A stretch of 64,000 bases of DNA, taken from Patescibacteria group bacterium (GTDB lineage Bacteria > Patescibacteriota > Patescibacteriia > UBA9934). The notes beneath the pieces are model-generated. The model was not told the origin of the DNA. It saw nothing but the letters and a program-made list of their open reading frames with translations, and searched no databases. The translations under genes and the position numbers were made by a program. Shown here piece after piece: positions 26,718-36,293 of this stretch (position 1 is the stretch's first letter; every line of letters begins with the position of its first letter). Where the stretch lies: NCBI GenBank assembly GCA_049296775.1, contig JBAQTB010000001.1, forward strand, positions 357,284 to 421,283, written 5' to 3'.

Positions 26718-28022
26718 GTGATGGGTTCAATTTCGTTAGGCGTTTTCGTGCCTCAGGAGCATTTGCGAGCCCGATGTTTCGAGGAAGAACTCGAAGCGGT
26801 GCAATACATGAGCCAGAGGGTACTAAATTTGAGGGGCCTGGTGACCAACGCCCAGGCCTTTTATCAAGCCTGGATCGAAACTCATCCGAGTGATCAGGGT
26901 TTGGCCCTGTTTACGGGTGCCGACCAGTTCTACAGTTTAATGCGTGAGATGGTATTACGCTCGCAGGTGTACTTCAACTATTGGCGTGACAGTTACCTAT
27001 GGAAGGTGGAAACCTTCCTAAGGCCGCATAATGCCGCGTCCAATCCAGTCGATCCACTTCAGTTGTTGGCGCTGGTCAGGGACGGAGTTGGTAAAGTTGG
27101 AACATTAGTCCACCAACAGGTACGTTGGGAATCTACGCGTATCTTAGCCACGGCTTTTGGCTTTGCAGCGATGGAGATCGCTCACCCGGAGCACTGGATC
27201 GCGGATGAAGTTACGCGTGTGGACGCATTGTCCCGCGAGCGCTTCTATGCGCCGCGTGATCTTGTCAGCGTGCACGTAGCTTACGGGATAGACAGAGATA
27301 ACGGTGGCAGAGTACTTGGAACTCCGATTGCGAGTTTAAGTCGGACTGTTGCAGCTCGCGCCCGTGCGACGGATGCAAATCTGCCGCGTTGCCGGAACTT
27401 TAAGCATCATTTTAAATGTCGAACTGTTATCGGTGAGGACGGTACGGTTTGGCTGATGGAAAATGGTGACCGCCGCAAGGATTATATTGCCCGATTGCTT
27501 AAAAGGCATGACGGTAAGGAGGTTGGTGATTCTTGCGGTACCAGTTGCGTGCTTGTGGCCATGCAGTCACCGGCTGGTGAGCTGCGATTAGCTACACGCG
27601 AAGACGTGAGCATCGTTCGTCAGTTGGCTGAAGAGCGGTTATGGTCGGCTGATCAGCTGCGCCTGACCGAGCCTCGGCAGAACTCCACGCGTCATCGCAA
27701 CGGTGATTATTGGGATCTTAAGCTGCGGGGTCAGCTGGAGGTAAATAGGGATGGCCAGGTGGTGAAGGCGGAGGTCGAGCAGATCTTTACTTCACTCATC
27801 GACTATCTGAATCAAATTAGGGCCACGGATGGCCTTAACCACCGTATTCGTCGTGGCTATCAGCTGGCCTGTGTGCGCCCTGACCAGCCAGACGCAATAC
27901 CCCCTGCGTGGCAGTATTGGCCTGAGCAGATCTATGGGCTGGATTGGTCAGCCGCCAAAACTCAGCAGACACTTAAGCAGGCTTGGGCTAAGCGTTTTGC
28001 GGATCGCGCTAAGCGTCACTAA
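26718..28022 (+). CDS. orphan hypothetical protein, GC-elevated, with a possible HNH-like (beta-beta-alpha-metal) motif
   Basis: 434-aa ORF. ATG at 26721 is preceded by a GAGGGGGG Shine-Dalgarno. About 57% GC versus ~45% for neighbouring murA. No family recognised. Central segment PRCRNFKHHFKCRTVIGEDGTVWLMENGDRRKDYIARLLKRHDGKEVGDSCGTSC has HH-x7-G..G-x6-N-x15-H spacing with flanking Cys pairs, reminiscent of HNH nucleases (low confidence). Confidence 0.5.
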   Translation: MMGSISLGVFVPQEHLRARCFEEELEAVQYMSQRVLNLRGLVTNAQAFYQAWIETHPSDQGLALFTGADQFYSLMREMVLRSQVYFNYWRDSYLWKVETFLRPHNAASNPVDPLQLLALVRDGVGKVGTLVHQQVRWESTRILATAFGFAAMEIAHPEHWIADEVTRVDALSRERFYAPRDLVSVHVAYGIDRDNGGRVLGTPIASLSRTVAARARATDANLPRCRNFKHHFKCRTVIGEDGTVWLMENGDRRKDYIARLLKRHDGKEVGDSCGTSCVLVAMQSPAGELRLATREDVSIVRQLAEERLWSADQLRLTEPRQNSTRHRNGDYWDLKLRGQLEVNRDGQVVKAEVEQIFTSLIDYLNQIRATDGLNHRIRRGYQLACVRPDQPDAIPPAWQYWPEQIYGLDWSAAKTQQTLKQAWAKRFADRAKRH

Positions 28023-28131
28023 TCTTGACCCGTCTATGCGTGGACCAGGCTGGTTCTACGATAGGCGGGTTTGTCTTTGTCGAGATTTTGGTTTTCAGGT
28101 ATAAATGTTGCACTAGATTAATCCTCGCTTT

Positions 28132-29430
28132 ATGCCAGAGAAATTTATTGTAAAGGGTGGTATTCCGTTGCGTGGTTCGGTGAGGATCGCCGGTGCTAAG
28201 AATGCGGCGTCTAAAATGATCATTGCGTCTTTACTGACGGCTGATGAAGTCATTTTGGAGAATGTGCCGTTACAGCAAGAGTCCGCGATTGCCAGAGAAT
28301 TGGTGACCATGCTCGGTGCTCAGTCAGATTTGACGGATCATACTTTGAAATTGCAGACAGCTACGGTGGCGAGCACTTCGGCCATGCAGTTATCGCGTAA
28401 AAATCGTTTAGCGATTTTAGCGTTGGCTCCGTTGCTGCACCGGTCCGGTGAGGCGTATGTGCCAACTTTAGGTGGTGACAAGATTGGTCCACGTCCCGTA
28501 AATTTTCATTTGGATGCCTTGGAAAAGATGGGAGCTAAAATTGAAGTCGATCATGATGGTTATCGTGCCAGTGTGGAAGGTCGATTAAAAGGGACCGTGA
28601 TTACTTTGCCGTATCCGTCGGTGGGAGCCACAGAAACAGTGTTGTTGGCGGGAGTTATGGCCCAGGGCCGCACGGTGCTGAAAAATGCCGCCATCGAACC
28701 AGAGATTGTTGATTTGATCATGATGCTGCAGAAGATGGGGGCGATTATTGAAATGGGTGCGGGGCGTCATATTGAAATTACGGGGGTGGAAAAATTGCAT
28801 GGCTGTACCCATCATATTTTGCCGGATCGCATGGAGGCTGCCTCTTTTGGCTCAATGGCTATAGCTACTCGTGGTGAAATTTTTTGTGAGGGCGCTAAGC
28901 ACCGGGACATGATTACTTTTTTGAATACGGTGCGGCGCATGGGGGCGGATTATGAAGTGAGGCGTGACGGGATTTTATTTAAGGGAGGGGACAAGTATCA
29001 GGGCTTGAAGCTGGAGACAGATACTCATCCTGGGTTTATGACGGACTGGCAGCAGCCGTTTATTGTGGCGTTGACTCAAGCGGAAGGCACGTCAGTTGTG
29101 CATGAAACAGTTTATGAAGAGCGTTTTGGGTATACTGAAACTTTGCGGGAGATGGGGGCTGACATTGCTTTGTTCGATACATGTTTGGGTGAGGTGAGTT
29201 GTAGATTCAAGGATCATAACTATAAGCATTCAGCGATTATCAAGGGGCCTACACCGCTTAAAGCAGCTAACATCAAGCTTCTGGACATCAGAGCTGGTTT
29301 GGCTTGTGTGATCGCGTCACTGGTGGCTGAGGGCACGTCGACACTGACGGGTTTTGAGCATTTGGAGCGTGGCTACGAAGATTTGTACGGTAAGTTGAAA
29401 TCGATTGGGGCGGATATTCAAGCGGAGTAA
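28132..29430 (+). CDS. murA: UDP-N-acetylglucosamine 1-carboxyvinyltransferase
   Basis: MPEKFIVKGGIPLRGSVRIAGAKNAASK N-terminus, 432 aa, EPSP-synthase fold. Confidence 0.93.
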   Translation: MPEKFIVKGGIPLRGSVRIAGAKNAASKMIIASLLTADEVILENVPLQQESAIARELVTMLGAQSDLTDHTLKLQTATVASTSAMQLSRKNRLAILALAPLLHRSGEAYVPTLGGDKIGPRPVNFHLDALEKMGAKIEVDHDGYRASVEGRLKGTVITLPYPSVGATETVLLAGVMAQGRTVLKNAAIEPEIVDLIMMLQKMGAIIEMGAGRHIEITGVEKLHGCTHHILPDRMEAASFGSMAIATRGEIFCEGAKHRDMITFLNTVRRMGADYEVRRDGILFKGGDKYQGLKLETDTHPGFMTDWQQPFIVALTQAEGTSVVHETVYEERFGYTETLREMGADIALFDTCLGEVSCRFKDHNYKHSAIIKGPTPLKAANIKLLDIRAGLACVIASLVAEGTSTLTGFEHLERGYEDLYGKLKSIGADIQAE

Positions 29431-29432
29431 CT

Positions 29433-30104
29433 ATGTTGTTCCAACTCTTTTTAAATAACCCTCTCGTAGCAGTCGCGTGGATTATTGCTCTGATCCTGTC
29501 TTTAACTGTGCATGAATTCGCTCACGCTTTGGTGGGTAAGTGGCGGGGAGATGACACAGCGGAATTGATGGGTAGGTTAACTTTGAATCCGTTAGCACAC
29601 CTGGACGTGGTTGGGACATTGATGTTGGTTTTTGTGGGTTTTGGTTGGGCCAAGCCGGTACCGTTTAACCCTAGAAATCTCAAGGATCCGTTGTGGGACG
29701 GGGTAGCGATTGCTTTGGCCGGGCCAGCGTCCAATTTGTTTTTGGCCGCGTTTGGAGCCATGGCGTACAGAAATTTGGCTGATCTACCCTTCGCTGAGGG
29801 TTCAGTCTTGCCGATATTTCTGATTTTGTTGATTTTCACGAACCTACTCTTGTTGTTTTTCAACTTGATTCCTGTGCCACCTCTCGACGGCGCCAAGGTC
29901 TTAGATGCGATCCTCTTGCATTTTAACTGGCATCAGGCTGCGGTTTGGATGAACGTTTATGGGCCAAAGATTTTGTTTGGATTAGTGATCGTGTCATTAA
30001 TTACCGGCCTCCAGATCTTTGGATTTATTCAAATTCCCGCCTTATTCACCTGCGATACTTTAGTGGGCGAATCCTGTATTCAGGCCTTGAATGCGGCGCT
30101 GTAA
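29433..30104 (+). CDS. site-2 protease family zinc metallopeptidase (M50)
   Basis: HEFAH (HExxH) within a TM helix, LNPLAHLD, multi-TM, 223 aa. Confidence 0.8.
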   Translation: MLFQLFLNNPLVAVAWIIALILSLTVHEFAHALVGKWRGDDTAELMGRLTLNPLAHLDVVGTLMLVFVGFGWAKPVPFNPRNLKDPLWDGVAIALAGPASNLFLAAFGAMAYRNLADLPFAEGSVLPIFLILLIFTNLLLLFFNLIPVPPLDGAKVLDAILLHFNWHQAAVWMNVYGPKILFGLVIVSLITGLQIFGFIQIPALFTCDTLVGESCIQALNAAL

Positions 30105-30122
30105 GGACTGGGGGGAGATATA

Positions 30123-30151
30123 TTGACCATATTTAGGCCTTGTGTTAGGAT
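30123..30151 (+). promoter_or_regulatory. candidate rpsL promoter
   Basis: TTGACC, 17 nt, TAGGAT. Confidence 0.4.
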
Positions 30152-30168
30152 TCCGTCACTTGTTTTCC

Positions 30169-30200
30169 GGCCTTCCTTTCCTGATAGGGGGAGGTTAGGG
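30169..30200. repeat. copy C (degenerate) of the C5-TTGATAA-G5 repeat in the rpsL 5' UTR
   Basis: ggccttcctttcctgatagggggaggttaggg aligns with gcgccttccccccttggataaggggggagcaagggggg of copy A. Confidence 0.45.
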
Positions 30201-30216
30201 AAACTTTAATCTAGTT

Positions 30217-30645
30217 ATGCCAACAATCAACCAACTCATCCGCAAGGGTCGTGCTAGCAACAAGGTGAAATCAAAGTCACCAGCTATGCAATATACGCTC
30301 GACTCTTTGCATAGAAAGCGCACAGACTTGGCTCATGGAGCTCCGTTCAAGCGCGGTGTGTGTGTCAAAGTGACCACTATGACACCAAAGAAGCCAAACT
30401 CGGCTTTGCGTAAGATCGCACGTGTTCGTTTGTCTAACGGCACTGAAGTGTCTGCGTATATTCCTGGTGAGGGACATAACTTGCAGGAGCACTCAATCGT
30501 GATGATTCGCGGTGGTCGTGTAAAGGACCTTCCAGGTGTGCGTTATCACATTGTGCGTGGTCGTTACGATGCCACTGGCGTTGAAGGCCGCAACCGCAGC
30601 CGTTCATTGTACGGAACCAAGCGTCCAAAGGCAGGCAAGAAGTAA
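30217..30645 (+). CDS. rpsL: 30S ribosomal protein S12
   Basis: [12 protein letters not shown]...[10 protein letters not shown]. Confidence 0.95.
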   Translation: MPTINQLIRKGRASNKVKSKSPAMQYTLDSLHRKRTDLAHGAPFKRGVCVKVTTMTPKKPNSALRKIARVRLSNGTEVSAYIPGEGHNLQEHSIVMIRGGRVKDLPGVRYHIVRGRYDATGVEGRNRSRSLYGTKRPKAGKK

Positions 30646-30775
30646 GGATGAGTCGCCGACTCGTCCGTACACAACGTGGGCAAGCAGCAATCAGAGTTCA
30701 AGCGACTATAAATCAAGCCATCGAGTACCACGGCCACGTGGGAAGATAACGATGGCGCCAAAACGATAAAATGAT

Positions 30776-31243
30776 ATGCGTGGTAAAAGTGCCTTAAAGC
30801 GCGAGCTCGCTCCTGATAGTAAGTATGGGAGCGTTTTGGTTTCCAAGCTCGTCAATTACGTCATGAAAGACGGTAAGAAGTCAGTTGCGGAGAAAGTGGT
30901 GTACGCCTGTTTGGATAAGGTGGCTGCAGATACCGCTCAAGATCCAATTGAGGTTTTTGATGAAGCCTTGAAGAATATCACTCCAACCGTTGAAGTTAAG
31001 TCTAAGCGTGTTGGTGGTGCAAACTACCAGGTGCCAATGCCGGTGCGTGGTGATCGTCGTTATGCTTTGGCGTACCGTTGGTTGTTAGTGGCTGCTCGCG
31101 GCAAGAAGGGTCGCCCTATGAGTGAGAAGTTGGCTGAAGAGTTGATGTTGGCTGCAAAAAATGAGGGTGAAGCGGTCAAGAAGCGTGCCGATGTTCAGCG
31201 CATGGCTGAGGCTAACCGAGCTTTTGCTCACTTGGCTCGCTAG
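30776..31243 (+). CDS. rpsG: 30S ribosomal protein S7
   Basis: KSALKRELAPDSKYGSVLVSKLVNYVMKDGKKSVAEKVVY typical of S7. Confidence 0.9.
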   Translation: MRGKSALKRELAPDSKYGSVLVSKLVNYVMKDGKKSVAEKVVYACLDKVAADTAQDPIEVFDEALKNITPTVEVKSKRVGGANYQVPMPVRGDRRYALAYRWLLVAARGKKGRPMSEKLAEELMLAAKNEGEAVKKRADVQRMAEANRAFAHLAR

Positions 31244-31359
31244 AGCGATGTCAGAGTGCTCATAGATCGTTCGATAACATGTCTAGCTAACAACTTAAGT
31301 TTAGACCTGAACAGCAGTTATACTCGCTGATCAAGTCAACCAATTATCCAAAAGTTATT

Positions 31360-33450
31360 ATGCAACGCGATTATCCATTAGACCGGGTACGTAACATTGG
31401 TATCATTGCCCACATTGATGCGGGTAAGACGACTACAACCGAGCGTGTCTTGTTTTATACTGGTAAGAAACACAAGATCGGTGAAGTGCATGAGGGTGAG
31501 GCAACCATGGACTGGATGGAGCAAGAACAGGAGCGTGGTATCACTATCACCGCGGCTGCTACTACTTGTTTTTGGAAGGATCACCGGATTAACATTATCG
31601 ATACCCCAGGACACGTTGACTTTACCGTTGAAGTTGAGCGTTCTTTGCGTGTGCTAGATGGCGGCGTGACTGTTTTTGACGGTGTTGCTGGCGTTGAACC
31701 GCAGTCAGAAACCGTGTGGCACCAGGCTGACAAGTACAAAGTTCCACGCGTGTGTTTTATCAACAAGTTGGATCGTACAGGTGCTGATTTTTACAAGGAC
31801 TTGGATTCAATTTATAAGCGTTTAACCACTAACGCGCATCCAATTCAGCTCCCAATTGGAACCGAAGCTAACTTTGTTGGAATTATTGATGTTTTGAACC
31901 GCAAGGCGCACATCTTTAAAGATGACATGGGCAAGGACGTTGAAATTACTGATGTCCCAGAAGCTGAGAAAGCTAGGGTAGAGGAGTATCGCACTAAGCT
32001 GGTTGAAGCGATTGTGGGCAATGATGAGTCTTTGATGGAGCGCTTTTTTGCAGGTGAAGAGATTTCCGTACCAGAACTGAAGGTAGCTCTCCGCAAGAGC
32101 GTAGTAGCCATGAAGATCTTCCCAGTTTTGTGTGGTTCAGCCTTGAAGAACAAAGGTGTTCAGCTCATGCTTGATGCTGTTGTCGATTATTTGCCATCGC
32201 CACTTGATCGTCCACCTGTAGAGGGCTTTAATCCGGATAGCCCAGACGATAAGATTGTGTGCGAAGCTAAGGATGACGCTCCTTTTGCGGCTTTGGCTTT
32301 CAAGATTGCCGCTGATCCATTTGTGGGTAAGCTAGCTTTCTTCCGCGTCTATTCTGGTTCACTTAAATCTGGTACTTACGTGTTGAACACGGCTACTGGT
32401 GAGAAAGAGCGTATCTCTCGTATTGTGCGTTTGCACGCCAACTCTCGTGAAGAAGTGGATCAGGTCTTTGCTGGTGAAATTGCAGCGGCCGTAGGTTTGA
32501 AGGGTACGGCTACTGGTCAGACTTTGTGTGATCCAGAGCATCCAGTCGTGCTTGAAAATATTATCTTCGCTGATCCGGTTATTTCTCAGGCTATTGAGCC
32601 TAAGACTAAGGCCGACCAGGAGAAGATGGGTATGGCACTGGCAAAACTCATGGAAGAAGATCCAACTTTCCATGTGCACACTGATACCGATACCTCTCAG
32701 ACAATTATTCAGGGTATGGGTGAGTTGCACCTTGAAATCATGGTGGACAGAATGAAGCGTGAATACGGTGTAGAGGTGACCGTAGGTCGTCCTCAGGTTA
32801 GCTACCGTGAAGCTATCCGTGGTACAGCTGAAGGTGAAGGTAAGTACGTTAAGCAGTCTGGTGGACGTGGTCAGTACGGTCACGCTTGGATCCGCGTTGA
32901 GCCAAATACAGATCCTGAAAAGCCTGGCTTCCAGTTCTTTGATGAAGTTAAGGGTGGTTCCATTCCTCGTGAGTACATCAGCCCGATTGAAAAGGGTGCT
33001 CGTGAAGCTTGTGACCGTGGTGTGTTGGCAGGTTTCCCGATTATCAATGCCAAAGCCACCGTCTTTGATGGTTCTTACCACGAAGTAGACTCCAACGAAG
33101 CTGCCTTTAAAATGGCTGGTTCTATGGCCTTCCAGGAAGCTGTGCGCAAGGCGCAGCCAATGCTCCTTGAGCCGGTGATGAAAGTTGAAGTTGTGACTCC
33201 GGAAGATTTCATGGGTACGGTCGTTGGTGACTTGAACAGTCGCCGTGGTCAGATCCAAGAGATGGGCGATCGCGGTAACATCAAAACCGTGCGCGCCATG
33301 GTGCCACTTGCTGAAATGTTCGGCTACGCCACCAACGTTCGCTCTCTTACTCAGGGCCGCGCTAGTTACTCCATGGAATTCGGTGAATACCAAGAAGTCC
33401 CTCGCAACGTCGCTGAGCAGATCATGAAAGATCGGAACGGTACAAAGTAA
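31360..33450 (+). CDS. fusA: elongation factor G
   Basis: [32 protein letters not shown], 696 aa. Confidence 0.95.
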   Translation: MQRDYPLDRVRNIGIIAHIDAGKTTTTERVLFYTGKKHKIGEVHEGEATMDWMEQEQERGITITAAATTCFWKDHRINIIDTPGHVDFTVEVERSLRVLDGGVTVFDGVAGVEPQSETVWHQADKYKVPRVCFINKLDRTGADFYKDLDSIYKRLTTNAHPIQLPIGTEANFVGIIDVLNRKAHIFKDDMGKDVEITDVPEAEKARVEEYRTKLVEAIVGNDESLMERFFAGEEISVPELKVALRKSVVAMKIFPVLCGSALKNKGVQLMLDAVVDYLPSPLDRPPVEGFNPDSPDDKIVCEAKDDAPFAALAFKIAADPFVGKLAFFRVYSGSLKSGTYVLNTATGEKERISRIVRLHANSREEVDQVFAGEIAAAVGLKGTATGQTLCDPEHPVVLENIIFADPVISQAIEPKTKADQEKMGMALAKLMEEDPTFHVHTDTDTSQTIIQGMGELHLEIMVDRMKREYGVEVTVGRPQVSYREAIRGTAEGEGKYVKQSGGRGQYGHAWIRVEPNTDPEKPGFQFFDEVKGGSIPREYISPIEKGAREACDRGVLAGFPIINAKATVFDGSYHEVDSNEAAFKMAGSMAFQEAVRKAQPMLLEPVMKVEVVTPEDFMGTVVGDLNSRRGQIQEMGDRGNIKTVRAMVPLAEMFGYATNVRSLTQGRASYSMEFGEYQEVPRNVAEQIMKDRNGTK

Positions 33451-33462
33451 TATCGACACAGC

Positions 33463-33491
33463 AAAAACTCAGCTTTACGGCTGAGTTTTTG
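33463..33491 (+). terminator. rho-independent terminator after fusA
   Basis: ctcagc-tttacg-gctgag followed by TTTTT. Confidence 0.65.
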
Positions 33492-33750
33492 TTATCTGAT
33501 CATTCTTATCGTATCGTTTTGTGTAGCGGACGTGATGTCGCGAGGTCGTTTGAGGAAATTTGCGAATCAACAGCGGATTAATTTTTTTAGTTTAGATTGA
33601 GGCGAGAAAGAGGGATGGAAGACGGCCCAAAGGGCCGTCTGTACAGCGAGGGTGGATTGGGCTGGATGAAAGAATGGAAGAGGTGGGGATTGGTAAAAAT
33701 GAGAGTTATTCTGTTGACTCCCTGGGGGAGGGGATTTAAGATGATGGTGT

Positions 33751-34122
33751 ATGAAGAATTCCCAATTGGATAGGTTGTTAAGGTTTGCGCAGCGGACGGG
33801 GGATCGGTTGATTATTACTGACGCTGAGGGCAAGCAGCCGGTGGTGATTCTGTCTTTAGACGATTACGAGGCACTTTTAGGCCAGTCATCTGCTGAGCAT
33901 AATGAGGCACCTAAGCAGGAAATGCGTAAACAGCCTACAAAAACTGAGGCCAGAGAGCCATTACGGGAGACTGAGGAGGAATACGTGAATATGGCGGAAA
34001 TTGAGGCGGCGGTAGAGGCTGTGAACCGGGAGGCGGCTTCTGAGCCTAAAATTGTGCCAATTACACGCAAAAATCCACCTGCAGACGCTGGTGAGGAGCA
34101 ATTCTATATGGAGCCGATCTAG
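33751..34122 (+). CDS. hypothetical protein with Phd/YefM-like N-terminal domain and acidic tail
   Basis: LDRLLRFAQRTGDRLIITDAEGKQPVVILSLDDYEALLG resembles the Phd/YefM antitoxin fold (PVxITRxGKPVAVLxSxEEYESL). The C-terminal 70 aa are Glu/Ala-rich and disordered. No adjacent toxin gene. Confidence 0.4.
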   Translation: MKNSQLDRLLRFAQRTGDRLIITDAEGKQPVVILSLDDYEALLGQSSAEHNEAPKQEMRKQPTKTEAREPLRETEEEYVNMAEIEAAVEAVNREAASEPKIVPITRKNPPADAGEEQFYMEPI

Positions 34123-34292
34123 ACGCATGAAAATAAGCCAATTTGGCTTATTTTTTGTTTCTTGGACTTCTCTACAGCTGGGACTTGCGTGATTTCTAAT
34201 GTTTTGCTACACTCTCGCCACCTTTAGGAAACTAAAAGTCATTAACTGCGGACAGTTCCTTGGTTTTAAGGAACGCGCGACTAATTACTAGT

Positions 34293-35486
34293 ATGGCAGA
34301 GCAATTTAATCGTGAGAAAACCCACGTAAACGTTGGTACAATTGGCCACGTTGACCATGGCAAAACAACTCTCACGGCCGCTCTTACCGCTGTTTCTGCT
34401 GCACGCGGAATGGGTAAGGCTAAGGCTTACGCTGATATCGCCAAGGGCGGTACAGTTCGTGATGCAAGTAAGATTGTTACAATTTCTACTTCACACGTTG
34501 AGTACTCATCTGACAAGCGTCATTACGCTCACGTCGATTGTCCAGGACACGCTGACTACGTCAAAAACATGATCACTGGTGCTGCCCAGATGGACGGTGC
34601 TATTTTGGTGGTTTCTGCGGCTGACGGTCCAATGCCACAGACCCGCGAGCACATTTTGTTAGCTCGTCAGGTTGGTGTGCCGTACATTGTAGTTTTCTTG
34701 AACAAAGTTGACTTGGTTGACGATCCAGAATTGCTTGACTTGGTTGAGCAGGAAGTTCGCGACCTTTTGAACAAGTACCAATACCCAGGTGATACCACTC
34801 CAATCATCCGTGGTTCTGCTTCAGCTGCTTTGGCAAACCCAGGCGATGACGCAGCTGCTAAGCCAATCGTTGACTTAATGAAGACCTTGGATGAATTCAT
34901 CCCTGATCCAGTTCGCGATACTGATAAAGCCTTCTTGATGCCAGTTGAAGACGTCTTCTCTATTGAAGGTCGTGGAACTGTGGTTACTGGTCGTATTGAG
35001 CGCGGTACCATTAAGATTAACGATGAAATTGAAATCGTTGGTTTGAAGGACACTGCCAAGTCTGTAGTGACTGGAATTGAAATGTTCAACAAGTCACTTG
35101 ACTCCGGTATGGCTGGAGATAACGCTGGTCTTTTGATTCGCGGTATCAAGAAAGAGGACGTTGAGCGTGGTCAGGTCTTGGCTAAGCCAGGTTCTGTAAC
35201 TCCTCACACCAAGTTCGAGGCTGAAATGTACGCCTTGACCAAGGAAGAAGGTGGTCGTCACAAGCCATTCTTCAAGGGTTACAAGCCACAGTTCTACATC
35301 CGTACCACTGACGTTACCGGTGAGATTGAATTGCCAGCAGGAACCGAGATGGTTATGCCAGGTGATACTGTCAACTGTATCGTTACCCTTATGAGCCCAG
35401 TAGCTCTTGAGGATAAGACTCGCTTTGCTTTGCGCGAAGGTGGTCGCACGGTTGGTGCTGGTGTTGTAGTAAAAATTCTTGAGTAA
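34293..35486 (+). CDS. tuf: elongation factor Tu
   Basis: [30 protein letters not shown]..., 397 aa from ATG at 34293. Confidence 0.95.
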   Translation: MAEQFNREKTHVNVGTIGHVDHGKTTLTAALTAVSAARGMGKAKAYADIAKGGTVRDASKIVTISTSHVEYSSDKRHYAHVDCPGHADYVKNMITGAAQMDGAILVVSAADGPMPQTREHILLARQVGVPYIVVFLNKVDLVDDPELLDLVEQEVRDLLNKYQYPGDTTPIIRGSASAALANPGDDAAAKPIVDLMKTLDEFIPDPVRDTDKAFLMPVEDVFSIEGRGTVVTGRIERGTIKINDEIEIVGLKDTAKSVVTGIEMFNKSLDSGMAGDNAGLLIRGIKKEDVERGQVLAKPGSVTPHTKFEAEMYALTKEEGGRHKPFFKGYKPQFYIRTTDVTGEIELPAGTEMVMPGDTVNCIVTLMSPVALEDKTRFALREGGRTVGAGVVVKILE

Positions 35487-35544
35487 TGCATAAGACGGGG
35501 AAGAGCCTCAAAGCTCTTCCCCTTCCTGTTGCAAAAATTGTACC

Positions 35545-35886
35545 TTGGTTATGAGCGACGTAAAAACAAAAACTGAAGACAACAAGCAGCGCATTCGTAT
35601 CAAGATTCGCGCCTATGATCACAAGATCATTGATACCGCGACTGTAACTATCATCAAAACTGCTGAACGCAGTGGCGCTGAAGTCCTTGGTCCGATCCCG
35701 TTGCCGACTGAAATTCGTCGCTACACGGTCAACCGCTCAACTTTTATCGATAAGACTTCTCGTGATCAATACGAAATGCGTATTCACAAGCGTTTGATCG
35801 ATATCATGAGCCCCACCGAACGTACTATTGACGCTCTGATGAGTCTCAATTTGCCAGCTGGTGTCGACATCGAAATCAAAATGTAA
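35545..35886 (+). CDS. rpsJ: 30S ribosomal protein S10
   Basis: [39 protein letters not shown]. Confidence 0.9.
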   Translation: MVMSDVKTKTEDNKQRIRIKIRAYDHKIIDTATVTIIKTAERSGAEVLGPIPLPTEIRRYTVNRSTFIDKTSRDQYEMRIHKRLIDIMSPTERTIDALMSLNLPAGVDIEIKM

Positions 35887-36293
35887 CAGGACTTCCTCTC
35901 ATCGAAACTAGTCACAAATGAGAATGTCCTCTGTAAAAAGTAACCGCAGCGGATCTGCGTTCTGAGCATGACAAAGTGTCGTGAGCAAGACGCAGTTCCG
36001 ACTGCACCCAAACCTCCACGGTGAACCAGAAAGAAAGATCCCTCCGTAGCTCCAATGGAGCGAAGGGGGAAAACCTTACTGCCGCTTTGCTACGGAGTGT
36101 CTAAGGAGACTGCCTTAACAAAACAACCATACAACCTGAGCAAAACTTATTTAAGTTCTAGTTTCAGGCTGGAAGTCGACCCACTTTGTGGAGTTATCGA
36201 CTTCTGGTTTTTTCGTTAAATAGCCGGTTCCCTTAATCAGATAGACAAAAGATGACTAATGTTCCACTGCGCTCAAGCGTACGAACACAAATT
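35887..36293 (+). other. ~400-nt structured non-coding spacer between rpsJ and rplC, ending in a terminator
   Basis: No ORF. Multiple hairpins: aggac...gtcct (35888..35930), ctgcgt...acgcag (35957..35998), ctccgtagc...gctacggag (36042..36094). Terminal ggaagtcga-loop-tcgacttc followed by TTTTTT at 36169..36214. Confidence 0.5.
36169..36214 (+). terminator. rho-independent terminator/attenuator immediately upstream of rplC
   Basis: 9-bp stem ggaagtcga/tcgacttct followed by TTTTTT, about 80 nt before the rplC start codon. Confidence 0.6.

Noticed and set aside
26306-28022. IscB/TnpB-like RNA-guided nuclease with upstream omega-RNA
   Set aside because: The arrangement (a long structured non-coding region immediately 5' of a ~430-aa ORF with an HNH-like motif) suggested IscB. 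However, no PLMP motif and no RuvC-I (DxG), RuvC-II or RuvC-III (HxDxNAAxN) signatures are visible, and no IS200/605-type ends were found.
30646-30775. 130-nt rpsL-rpsG spacer with a gagtcg-c-cgactc hairpin
   Set aside because: Slightly longer than typical but within the normal range for str operons. There is no U-run after the hairpin and no repeats, so it was not called as a feature.
32359-33459. 366-aa ORF antisense to fusA
   Set aside because: Lies entirely inside the strongly supported EF-G gene on the opposite strand and has no recognisable motifs. Long antisense ORFs are common opposite highly expressed, codon-biased genes.
33567-33833. 88-aa ORF on the minus strand in the fusA-tuf insert
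   Set aside because: Pro/Ser/His-rich low-complexity translation of a purine-rich plus strand; it overlaps the better-supported Phd/YefM-like ORF start and is likely spurious.
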